Assembly (NCBI RefSeq): GCF_036321535.1
Contig: NC_087436.1
Span: 120,406,001 to 120,470,000 of the forward strand
Direction of reading: 5' to 3'
Length of the DNA stretch: 64,000 nucleotides
From: Camelus dromedarius
Lineage: Eukaryota
Below the pieces are notes generated by a model. It saw nothing but the letters and a program-made list of their open reading frames with translations. It had not been told where the DNA came from and did no database searches. Positions 54,378-64,000 of the stretch are shown here, piece by piece. The position numbers and the translations under genes are program-made. Position 1 is the first letter of the stretch; the number at the start of each line of letters is the position of its first letter.

Positions 54378-54500
54378 GTAACGCAGACAGTTAAGCAGGT
54401 TGTGCACTGCACAATCCCAAGGGAGGTAGTCACGCTATGATCTTTGTTAATAATCATTCTAGAATTGTGCAGTATACAGCCTGTGCAACAGTAGAGAGTG
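54378..54500. mobile_element. MER91-like hAT-Tip100 remnant (a second piece lies near 52520-52570)
   Basis: gcaggttgtgcactgcacaa ... ttgtgcagtatacagcctgtgcaac form inverted subterminal motifs. Confidence 0.5.
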
Positions 54501-55611
54501 GCCCTACAGGGTGTCTGGGCCTCAGTTTCCCCATCTGTTTCATAGCAGTCATGACTGTCCAGAGCCAGCACATAGTAGGTCCTCTTCCAGGGTGTGCCAC
54601 TGTCCCTCAGCCCTCCTGGAAGGTGCACTGTACAGAAATATTGGAGGTGGGGCCCCGAGCCCCAGTTGGCTTCCTGCTGGCTCTTCTCCTGGTCTCTTTC
54701 CGCCCTGGCGGTGCCCCTTCCTCTCCCGGGCGGCGCCACTGGACACCTGGCCCTGATTGCTTTGCTCTGTCAAGTTCCTCCTGACTAAAACTTCCAAGAC
54801 CTGCGGATTACCGTTTATTTTTGAAAACAAACAAACAAACGGAAAAAATACGAACAGCTGAATCTGGTCAAGACTGACTGTTGACTTCAGAACTTTGGCT
54901 CCAGGACAGGGCGAGGGTGAGGGTTGTCAAAACCCCCAAATAAACAGAGTCTGCCTCCCAGCCGTGGGGCCCAAGGTTTTCATGTGGAAAGAGGCGGTGG
55001 GAACCGCGTCTTCTCTTCCCACTGATTCATGGGATGATTCATCTGTGTGTGGGGAGGAGGCCCAGGAAACAGGCCCTGTCCCACCCCCACCCCCTCCCCA
55101 CCACCCACCTCGCCGGCTTAAAGGGGCAGGGCCTGGAAGGGCCTATGTCACCAGCAGCTGTCTGACCCGGGAGCTCCACGGGGGAGCCCCAGGCCCCAGG
55201 GTCAGGGGAGGCTCGGGCTCTGAAGTCCACGGGACCTGGGGCTAGTGCCTGGCCTGTCTCCACCCTGAACCATCTTTGCCTGCAGCCTGATTCCTGGGAC
55301 ACAGAAGGGGCCACTGACTGTGCTCTTGTGAGGCTGCTCCTTGCAAGACTTGGTTAACAGGCTGAAGCATGTTCTTTGCGGTGTTGTTTGCAGACCTACT
55401 GTGTGCTGGATCAGATGGGGTCAGGCCTCCCCACCACCCTCCCTCCCTCTCGGGGGCTGCTGTGGGGCCTGCCTGTGCTGGTCACTGCTGGTCTGTGGGG
55501 GATCTAGACACGTCTGTGTCCCAAAGGAGCTGCTGCCTGGGTGGGAGGTGAGCCCGTCTGGCTTCTCCTCAGACCGCCTGTGGCCCTGCACCCCCAGGGC
55601 CCTGCCGCCTG

Positions 55612-55671
55612 CCTAGCGGGGGGCGATGGGGCACACAGCCACCTAGCGGGGGGCGCTGGGGGACACAGCCA
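55612..55671 (+). repeat. 30-bp tandem duplication (28/30 identical)
   Basis: cctagcggggggcgatggggcacacagcca followed by cctagcggggggcgctgggggacacagcca. Confidence 0.9.
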
Positions 55672-58600
55672 GACCTTCTGCTGTTTCGCAGCCCGGCCCC
55701 GGCCCGGCTCACAGCCCCGCCAGGCCTTCCTCCCTCCCTTCGGTTTCTCCTATGCGTCTGTGTAACTTGCCTGTGGGAGAGCATGCGGACAGTCGCAAAA
55801 GAAACAGAACCCCTCACAACTCTGCCTCTGCCCACAATGCCCACCGCGAGGTGCTTTCGGGTATTTCCTGCCAGCCTTTGACCTACGAATATTTTCCAGA
55901 GGGTTTTGTGTTTAAATCATCACATCTGAAATTGAGTGTCGCCTATTCTAAGTGATCTCCGGAGAGGACACACTGGAAAGAAACGCACCTGGAGGGAGGC
56001 CGCCGTGCCATCGCGCTCTCCGCGGCCGGGTCGGCTCCCCAGCAGCCTGCGCAGCCCAGCCGGGGGTGCTCTAGGCCTGCCGTGCCAGGGCCGGGTCCCC
56101 CAGGGGGTGCCCGACGTGCTGGAAGGGGTGGAGTCTCTGAGATCTGGGAGCAAGGCACGTGGTAACCAGCAGCCTCTTCTGATGGGACGCTCTGGTTCCT
56201 CCTCTGTCTTACTCACCCAGAGCCCGGTGTGGAGTTGGCTGAATCTTCCCGCAGCCGCCCTCATGAGTGAGGCTGTGTCTCTGCATCTCTGATCCCCTCC
56301 CAGTGTGCTCTTCCAAGCCTGGATCAGGGCCACCCCTGGAGTCCCCCATCTCACCTGTGTCTTCCCCTGTCCCATCATGGGTCACCCAGTGCTATGCCTT
56401 GCTGCTCACTGGCCTGTCCCCAGCATGGGGTGCACACACAGGTGGCACTCAGCAGGCATGGATTTAATACACTCCCTGCAAGGGCAAATGGATGGGCGAG
56501 GCACTATGTTGGGAGCCCCAAAGAGGGCTGGGAGAAGCCTGCCAGGGAGACTGCCTGGAGGAAGTGGGACTGGAGCTGCATCTGGGACAGCCTGGAGCAT
56601 CACGGAAGGGAGAATTGGGGAGCAGTCCCTGTGGGTGGAGGCACAGAGTAGTGGGTGATGGAGTAGAGACTGGGGGTGAGTGGCCCCTACAGGTTACACA
56701 GCAGGGAAGGTGACACCTGGCCTCACCCAGCGGGCCACGCCTGCCCCAGCACAGCACGGTAGGCAGAGTAAATCCAGGACTGGTGTGCTTGGGAAAGCTG
56801 CTGACCCTGCCAAGTCCTCCCCCCGCCTGGGGTCTTCCGGGTACCTTGGTGTCGTAGGGATTGCCTGGCGGGAGAGCTTTTGCCAGAGAGCAGAACCTGG
56901 AAGGGGCAGCAGGGCTGGTGGCTGGCTTTCTTTCCTCTTTTTTGCAGATAGAGCACAAATGCAGTTTCCCCGGGGCCTTGGGGTGCAGCAGGCAAAGCTG
57001 GGCTCAGCCCCACGGACCAGCTGACCAGTAGCTTCTCCTCCAGAGTTTCAGGGACTATGAGCAACTCACGTGGAAATAACCATACAGGCACCTGTGTGTG
57101 CTGGACTGGCAGAGCCCTGCTTCAGAGTGGGCCCTGCCTGTGACCATGACCTCTGAACCTTAGATGCCACCCTTCCACTGGCTTTGCCTCCGGGAGGAGG
57201 GCTCCCGGGCACGGTGGTCCCTGGTGGCCCCTGGTTTGATCAGCGAGGAGCCGCAAGGTGGCCAGCAGTGCGCCAGTCTCTGGCCACCGGGGACAGGTGG
57301 CCTTTCATTCATGCTGACCGCAGCCTCCGTGGCTGCTTAAGAGGCAGACATCACAGGGCCAGTGGAAAGGGCCCTCCTCACCTCCGCTGACCACAGAGCC
57401 CCAGGCAAACTCTCCTCCAGGCCCCGAGCCCCAGTTCAGGCTTAACGCACAGTTGGGGCCTTGGCGGTGGGGGGTGGGTACGGGGGAGGGGAGGACCCCG
57501 CTCCAGAGCCTGGTTCTGGTTGAACTTGCAGTGTCTTCCCCTTACTGAGCCTCAGTTTCCCTGCCTTTAAGGCAGAGCTGATGACCCCTGCCCTGGCTGC
57601 CACCCTGGATGGTGGGGAGATGTGTCCAGCTGTGGGTGGGGCTGCATCTGTCCACAGGTGTCCGTGGGGCACCGACTGTGGGCCTGTGCCTGGCTCCTCG
57701 CTGCTGCACCCAACATGCTCCATCCTGTCCCTTTGGACGACCTGGAAAACCAGATTTTCACCACATCCTGATGCTCAGTCACTTCCCAGCAACCACCAAG
57801 AGAAGCATCAGCTGCAAAGCTGGACTTTACGGGCGAGCTCTCCTTGTTCAGCAACACTGGGGACCAGAGGGTGGTGGGCTCCCCTACCTCCTTGTCCCCA
57901 AGGGAGGGAGCATCACAGTTTCCAAATCACACTGCATTCCCGCAGGCCTGGGGGAGGGGGATTGGAGAGGCATCTTCAGTCTCGCGTTTCAGATGAGGTG
58001 TCAAGGCCCAGAGAGGGTAAGTGATTTGCCTGAAGCCACACAGCTGGAGCTCAGAGGTGCTCAGCCCCATCCAGGCCCCGGGAGCCAGTTACAAGTGGTG
58101 CTGGGCAGTGCGGGTTCCAGATAGCGCCAGCCTCTGGCGGGGACCCGGGAGACCTCGGCACATACCGGAGCAGGGAGACCAAAGTGGAGTGGGCCTCATG
58201 CCACCCACTGGCATCAGGCCTGTGGTCCTGGCAGGCTGCAGCCCCGCTGCTGACGGCAGCAGAAATCTGAGCTAGAAGGTTCCAGGGAAGTTCGTGAACC
58301 GCCTGGCAAGTCAGACTGGGGCCTGGCCAAGTCAGACACGGTTGGGGGGCTCTGGTGACTCAGACATCGGCAACCCGGCATGAACCAGGAGGGGGCCACA
58401 CCATGGCCAGGCTGGGGCACCTCAGAGGGGACCACCCAAGGGCTTCTGCTATAACCTCGTCCAGCCACTGGGCTAACCCAGGGCCTGGAGGGACAGGCCA
58501 GAGCTGGCCAGGGGTAGGGGATGGTTTCCTCGCAACAGGGCGTTGCTGTATATGAGAGAAAGGGCGGGGGCCCAGGGAGACTAGCCCAGATCCAGCCTGA

Positions 58601-58834
58601 GCTTCATGTCACTGCTGTGTGGCCCACGCCAAGTGTTCTGACCTCTCTGAGCCTCTTGGCTGGCCTGGTGATGGGAGGTGAGGAAGCTCAGCATTAACCA
58701 TTCTCAGGGCATGTGAGCCCCCCCTCCCAAGTACCTGGGTGCCTGGAGCATTCCCGAAGGGCGCTGACCCCTGGCAGGGGTTCTGGGCAGTGTCTGGGCT
58801 TCACTGACGCACCTGGTTCTTTCTGCCAGTGCAG

Positions 58835-58934
58835 GTCTCCACCAGCTGACCAGCCCACGGTACAAGTTCAACTTCATTGCTGATGTGGTGGAGAAGATCG
58901 CTCCGGCCGTGGTCCACATAGAACTCTTCCTGAG
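58835..58934 (+). CDS. HTRA3: HTRA3 exon 2 ([34 protein letters not shown])
   Basis: Acceptor gccagtgcag| and donor AG|gtgggt; HtrA-family [17 protein letters not shown] motif. Confidence 0.95.
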
Positions 58935-60685
58935 GTGGGTAGAGCCCCCCTCGCCCCTCCAAGGCTTCCCCTCCATCCACCTGGCCCAGACTAGACTGGA
59001 TTCTAGCATCGGGGTGGGCAGTAGAAGGCAGAGTGGGCTTGGGGTCTGGTGGACCTCTCTCAGACCAGCAGGCAGCCGTTGCCCTTGGGGAGGACGCCCC
59101 TCCTGTAGTCCAGAAGGCAGGCTCACATGTTCCCACTTTCTGAATGTGGAAGCAGAGGCCCCTGGGAATCTCCCCAGGCTCGGAGCTGCTGAGTGCTGAG
59201 TTGAGGTTTGACCCCGGGTCTCTTGGACCTCATAGCTGAGCCCACGTCTCTGCAATGCTGACCCCTCACTGCCCTTTCTGCGAGCCCCAGACCCAGAGAC
59301 ATGTCATTAAGGAAATTGCAACTGGGAGTGTGAATGGCACGTCCCTGGCCTTGGGGGTGGCTTGGAGGGGCAATGTCTTTCTAGAAGGCCAAGGGCCCAC
59401 GCAGAGCTGGGTGGGCGCGGAAGTTGGTTGCGGACGTAAGTGGATAGATGCTGTGGTCACCCTGCAGGGGGGCTGAGAGGCCAGCCTGCCTGGTTCAAAT
59501 TCTGCACTGCCCTTTGCCTGCCTGACCCAGGCAGGCGGTTTGTGTCACTGGGCCCGTTTCCCCACTGGTAAACTGGACGCCTACCTGCCCTGCAGTGCAG
59601 CCACGAGCATGAACTGACTTGGTCCATGGATGAGAGGGCGCTCTTGGTGACATGAGCTGTCGCTGGTCCTGCTGGGCGAGGTGGCGCTCCTGCGCTCCCC
59701 AGGGAGTCACGCTCCCCCCCACCCGAGTCTCCCGCCGTCTCTGTTCTTCCCATCCGTCCTGGTTAGGGCCCCACATCACACATCATCCCTGGCCACTGAC
59801 TACCTGCTGCATCCAGGCCCTGGGGTCCCAGAGGTGACCCACCCTGGAGAAGCATCTGGCACCCCACCTCCCCGCTTCTGGGAGCTGAGGTCCTACTCAG
59901 AGGGCTCTGGCCAGGGCTGGGTGCTGTCCCCCAGCAGAGAATACCGACTCGGCCCCCGCGCCCACTGCATCACCTATTTCATCCCATTTTGTGGCGGCAG
60001 ACACTGAGGCCGGGCGTCCCCTGGCCTGTGAGCCCCGCCATGTCTAGCGCTCCGCGTCTAGGAGCCTGGTGTCTCACCAGTGCTGCTCACCAGCCGGGTC
60101 TCACCAGTGCTGCTCCCCCTGACATCTGGGGCTTCCAGGCACTCAGCAGAGGGGAGGTGTGCTTACTGCCCTCCCCGGTGTCTGGGACACTGACATTCCC
60201 TGGGGACCTGCTGTGTGACAGTCCCATGGGCGCTGTGTGCATATCCCTATGACAGGAGCAGCCCAGCTTGTTGAGTGCATCCTCACTCCATGGAGCTGGT
60301 CTTGTTAGCCCATTTCCTAGATGGGGTAACTGAGGCTCAGAAGAGTGAGCCACCTGCCCACAGTCAGGCAGATGTAAGCAGGGACTGGACTTGGGGTTAG
60401 AAAGCTGGTTTGTCTGTCTCCTATTGTGTCGCCATGGGTCTGATGTTTCTGGACCTCATGTCTCATCTCCGCATGTTGCAAGTCAGAGATCATTGCCTCC
60501 TCTTTGTGGCTGTGAAATGGGTCTACACTTAATGACCTGGCCACAGTCACAGTCAGGAGGTGGCAGAGCAGGGATTCAGCCGTGGGCCTGGTGGACTCCA
60601 AACCCATGTGCTGGCTCTGCTCCCCTCCTGCCGGCGCACGGCTGTGTCCACGCCCTGAATGCCCGCCCGCGCTGCCTCCCTGCAG

Positions 60686-60908
60686 ACACCCTCTGTTTGG
60701 CCGAAACGTGCCCCTGTCCAGCGGCTCGGGCTTCATCATGTCGGAGGCGGGCCTGATCATCACCAACGCCCACGTGGTGTCCAGCAGCAACACTGTCTCA
60801 GGCCGGGAGCAGCTCAAGGTGCAGCTGCAGAACGGTGACACCTATGAGGCCACCATCAAAGACATCGACAAGAAGTCGGACATCGCCACCATCAAGATCC
60901 ACCCCAAA
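60686..60908 (+). CDS. HTRA3: HTRA3 exon 3 (SSGSGFI...TNAHVV...[12 protein letters not shown]): catalytic His and Asp
   Basis: Acceptor ctccctgcag| and donor AAA|gtgagt; frame-consistent. Confidence 0.96.
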
Positions 60909-61904
60909 GTGAGTGGGCAGTGGAGGGGTGGGGGCGCCTCCCCAGACCCCAGGGCCCCAGGGACCAGAGACGCGCCAGCCTGCTCTTCCCATTGGACACC
61001 TGGAGGAACCGAGGCCCAGAGGGACTGGCAACATGTCCCCAGTCCTGCATCCAGTCAGACTAGAGCTTGGGTGTCCAGATACCACCCTGGGCTTCCCCAG
61101 GCCACCAGGTACAGGGCAGAGCAGGCTGCCATCCAGGAAGTGTGCCACCCACAGTCACTCCCACACGGGGGGCCTCCAAAGGGACACTTCTGTCGTCCCT
61201 CCTGGACCCATCCCTGTGGGTGCAGCTGTCCCCAGGGGGGGTGACAGAAGCCGGTGGGGAGCACTTAGGAAACATGCCCCATCCTTCCCTCCACCTCCAC
61301 TTCGATCCCCCGCTGAGCAGGCAGACCCACCCGGGACCACGGTCACCTTCCGTTATGACCACTGGCTCTTTCTAGGCCAGCCGCCAACGGCACCTGTGTG
61401 CACCCTAATTCTCCCCGCGGCCCTTCGCGGGAGAGGTTTCGGTGTCCTGCTATTTCAGATGGGAAACTGAGGCTCAGGGGTTAGAGACTGCCCGTGGTCA
61501 CTCTAACTGGGGACCCGCTCGGCCGAGTCCTGGCCTCCCTCCAGCGTGTTTCCTGCCATCCAACAGTGTGGTCACAACTCGGGGGGCCGCCGTGGGCTCA
61601 GCTGTGGTGACCAGCGGCCTGCGCACACCACGAGGCCGGTGAGGGGCAGGTCCATCTGTGCTGGCGGGCCCAGCTTGACTGACTTTGAGCCCAGCTTCTG
61701 CTCTTTCTGAATGAAAGTTGCCAGCTTTCGAGATGATCTGGTTTTCGCAAGGAGGTCTCCTCTTGCTCAATCACGGGAGAGGAGACCTTACGGCCCGCGT
61801 AGCCCCTGCCCGCTTCTGCGCCCTTGCACTGCGCTCTCTGAGTCTGGGGCACCGCCTCCGTGTAGACGAGGTCAGGGGGCTGCAGTGAGACGTGTACTTG
61901 AGGA

Positions 61905-62122
61905 GGGAGGTTGGCAGACTTTCTCTGCGAAGCACCAGACAGCAAACGATTTAGGTTTCACGAGCCCTGTAATCTCTGTTGCAAACTCTCAACTTCATAC
62001 TGTCCTGGGAAAGCAGCCACAGGCGAGACAGATGGCGGACTGTGTTCCAGTAAGAGTTTAATTATGGAACAGGCCACTGAATTGGGCTGGACTTGCTCGA
62101 GGGCCACAGTTTGCGATCCCTG
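61905..62122. mobile_element. MER58-like hAT-Charlie DNA transposon remnant
   Basis: ggttggcagactttt...tttaggttt...tctctgttgcaaactctcaact...aaagcagccacag...ctgtgttccagtaa...gggccacagtttgcgatccctg. Confidence 0.6.
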
Positions 62123-62921
62123 CCCAAGGACCCCATGGGGAGAGGCAGAGCCGGACTAGACTGAGGGCTGGCTGCGCTGGGTCTCTCCCCTTCCAGGCAC
62201 CGTGACGGAAACTCAGGGTGGGCAGAGGGCACACCCCAGCGGCCACCTGTGGCCAAAGATGCCGGCAGAGTCGGCAAGACCCAGGCGCCCCGGCGTCCCG
62301 GGCAGCCCAGTGCCTGCAGGGGCTCTCCGGGCAGCCGGGCTGCCTCTCAGCCCCCGTGCCCTGCAGACCGAGCCTTGGGGATGCTGCCAGCCCAGGCGCA
62401 CTCAGACCACAGGGGAGCCAAACCCTCCCCAGCACCCCTGTGTGTCTGTGTTGGGAGACCAGGCTGAGCTGCGTCAGAAATTCCAAAGCCAGTGCCCAGG
62501 GTCCCTTCCTGGGCTCCAGGGCTCACCAGTGTGTGTGCAGTGCATCGTCTGGGTGTTGGTGTCCATGGCTTCTGTCGAATTTTCAGGGGGACCTGTGACC
62601 ATCGAACCACTGGGCAGCACCCAGCTGGACCGTCTGTGTGTCGCCCCTGTGATGGACCTCCAAGGCCTGCCCTGGGGAGACCTGTGGTTGCTGGTGGGCT
62701 GAGCCTCTGCTCCATTGAAGCCAGCCAGTCACAAGGCTCTTGGCCACCACAGGTCATCCGGAGGCCAGCCCGGCCTTGTCTGTGTGGTTGACTTGCCTTG
62801 GTTGGCACCCCCTACAGCTCCTGGGACCGCCCTGCCGGGGTCCTGGCAGGGACCTGGATCTGGTCCCTCCAAAGGCTGACAGCTGAGCCTCCCTCACCGT
62901 GCCCTCCCCACTGTTCCCCAG

Positions 62922-63116
62922 AAAAAGCTCCCGGCACTGCAGCTGGGTCACTCGGCAGACCTGCGGCCTGGCGAGTTCGTCGTGGCCATTGGCAGCCCCT
63001 TTGCCCTGCAGAACACCGTGACCACGGGCATCGTCAGCACGGCCCAGCGGGACGGCCGGGAGCTGGGCCTCCGGGACTCAGACATGGACTATATCCAGAC
63101 AGACGCCATCATCAAC
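62922..63116 (+). CDS. HTRA3: HTRA3 exon 4 ([39 protein letters not shown]...YIQTDAIIN)
   Basis: Acceptor ctgttccccag| and donor AAC|gtgagt; HtrA protease core motifs. Confidence 0.96.
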
Positions 63117-63864
63117 GTGAGTGCTCCCCGCGGCCCGGGGCGCTCCCTGTCCCCAGAGCCCGCCCCACCATCGACAGTGCCCCTGGCCAGAAAGTTCCTT
63201 CTGTACATTAAGTGGAGCCCTGACTCCCTGCGACTGCTGCCCAGGGTGCTGGGCCTGCCCTGGGGTTAGAGGCTGCTGCCCTGACCTGGGGCAGCCCTTC
63301 AGAGATGCAGAGGCTTAGCCAGGGCCCCTGAAGTATCTTTGCCCAAATTACACCCCAAATCAACATTATTGTTACTATTTTATTATTATTATTTATTACT
63401 ATATTGGATGGTACCTTTTGCATTCACAAAGCACTTTGCCCGGATGCACAGCGCCTGCGTCTTTGGCTTTGCTGTGGTTCAGACACTCTTCTGGAAATGT
63501 CAGTCTTTGAGAGACTCCTTGAAGCCAGTGGGATGGGAAATAGCACCCAACCCTGCATCCGCCGGGGCTGCCCTGCCCGTGAGTGGTGTTGACGCCAGTG
63601 TGAGGCTGGAGGGGGTCTGTGGGGCCTGTGTGCAAGCACTGGGCCAGGCCGGTCCCCAATCCTCACACGGCTGTGCCCTTGGCCTCTGTGGCCTCAGCTT
63701 TCTTATCTGTGAAGTGGGGTCAGGGATGAGGCCTATTGGTGCTGTCAGGGGTGAAATTCAAGTACATGTTCCTGTGCCGGTTAGGATGAAGGCTGGCAGA
63801 AAGAGCTTCAGGAACCTCGGGGTGGGGGCTTGGGACACACTAACGTCGGTTTCCTCCCCTGCAG

Positions 63865-63897
63865 TACGGGAACTCCGGGGGACCGCTGGTGAACCTG
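63865..63897 (+). CDS. HTRA3: HTRA3 exon 5, 33 nt (YGNSGGPLVNL): catalytic Ser
   Basis: Acceptor ttcctcccctgcag| and donor CTG|gtgagt; GNSGG nucleophile motif with the Ser codon TCC at 63874-63876. Confidence 0.95.
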
Positions 63898-64000
63898 GTG
63901 AGTGTCTCCTGGAGCGGGGGCCTCTAATTTTCTGGGGCTCTGCTCACATGGGAGGCACGGCCTCAAGGCATGGAGGGGACCCCGAACACGGCCTTCAGAC

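Larger units (their letters stand above)
45809..63897 (+). other. HTRA3: HTRA3 gene span (exons 1-5; 3' end beyond window): secreted HtrA serine peptidase 3
   Basis: Join 45809-46193,58835-58934,60686-60908,62922-63116,63865-63897 gives signal peptide, IGFBP, Kazal and trypsin-like protease domains with TNAHV, DIA and GNSGG motifs. The N-terminus MQARALLLAALAALAL and the position next to SH3TC1 point to HTRA3 rather than HTRA1 or HTRA4. Confidence 0.96.

Noticed and set aside
52534..54414. 18-bp perfect inverted repeat 1.9 kb apart (ttgtgcagtgcacaacct / aggttgtgcactgcacaa) as ends of an intact DNA transposon
   Set aside because: The motif resembles MER91-like subterminal sequence, and the right copy has its own partner about 60 bp away. 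No transposase ORF or TSD is visible, so two independent remnants are more likely.

Overview
GC-rich mammalian (not microbial) genomic DNA, most likely from a camelid, judging by a tRNA-Ala-derived SINE and a cetartiodactyl-type L1 3' end. It holds two spliced + strand genes in the order I recall from human 4p16. The first is the 3' part of SH3TC1: 11 coding exons at 351-20311, frame-consistent GT-AG junctions, stop at 20311 and AATAAA at 20404. The second is the 5' part of HTRA3: a CpG-island promoter, ATG at 45809 and exons 1-5 up to 63897, including the catalytic His, Asp and Ser motifs. The ~25 kb intergenic region and the introns contain old L1, L2, MIR, MLT1 and hAT fragments plus simple repeats. 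Nearly all other ORFs in the six-frame track are GC-rich noise. I see no evidence for a new protein-coding system. The most interesting element is a 410-bp ERV1-type solo LTR (TG...CA ends, 4-bp ATAG target-site duplication) 1.4 kb upstream of the HTRA3 ATG. It carries three CTCGTAAA (HOX13-type) motifs, two GATA sites and a duplicated TATA box, making it a candidate lineage-specific regulator of a placenta-associated protease gene. Gene and repeat-family names come from my recognition of the sequence, not from database searches, and repeat boundaries are approximate.
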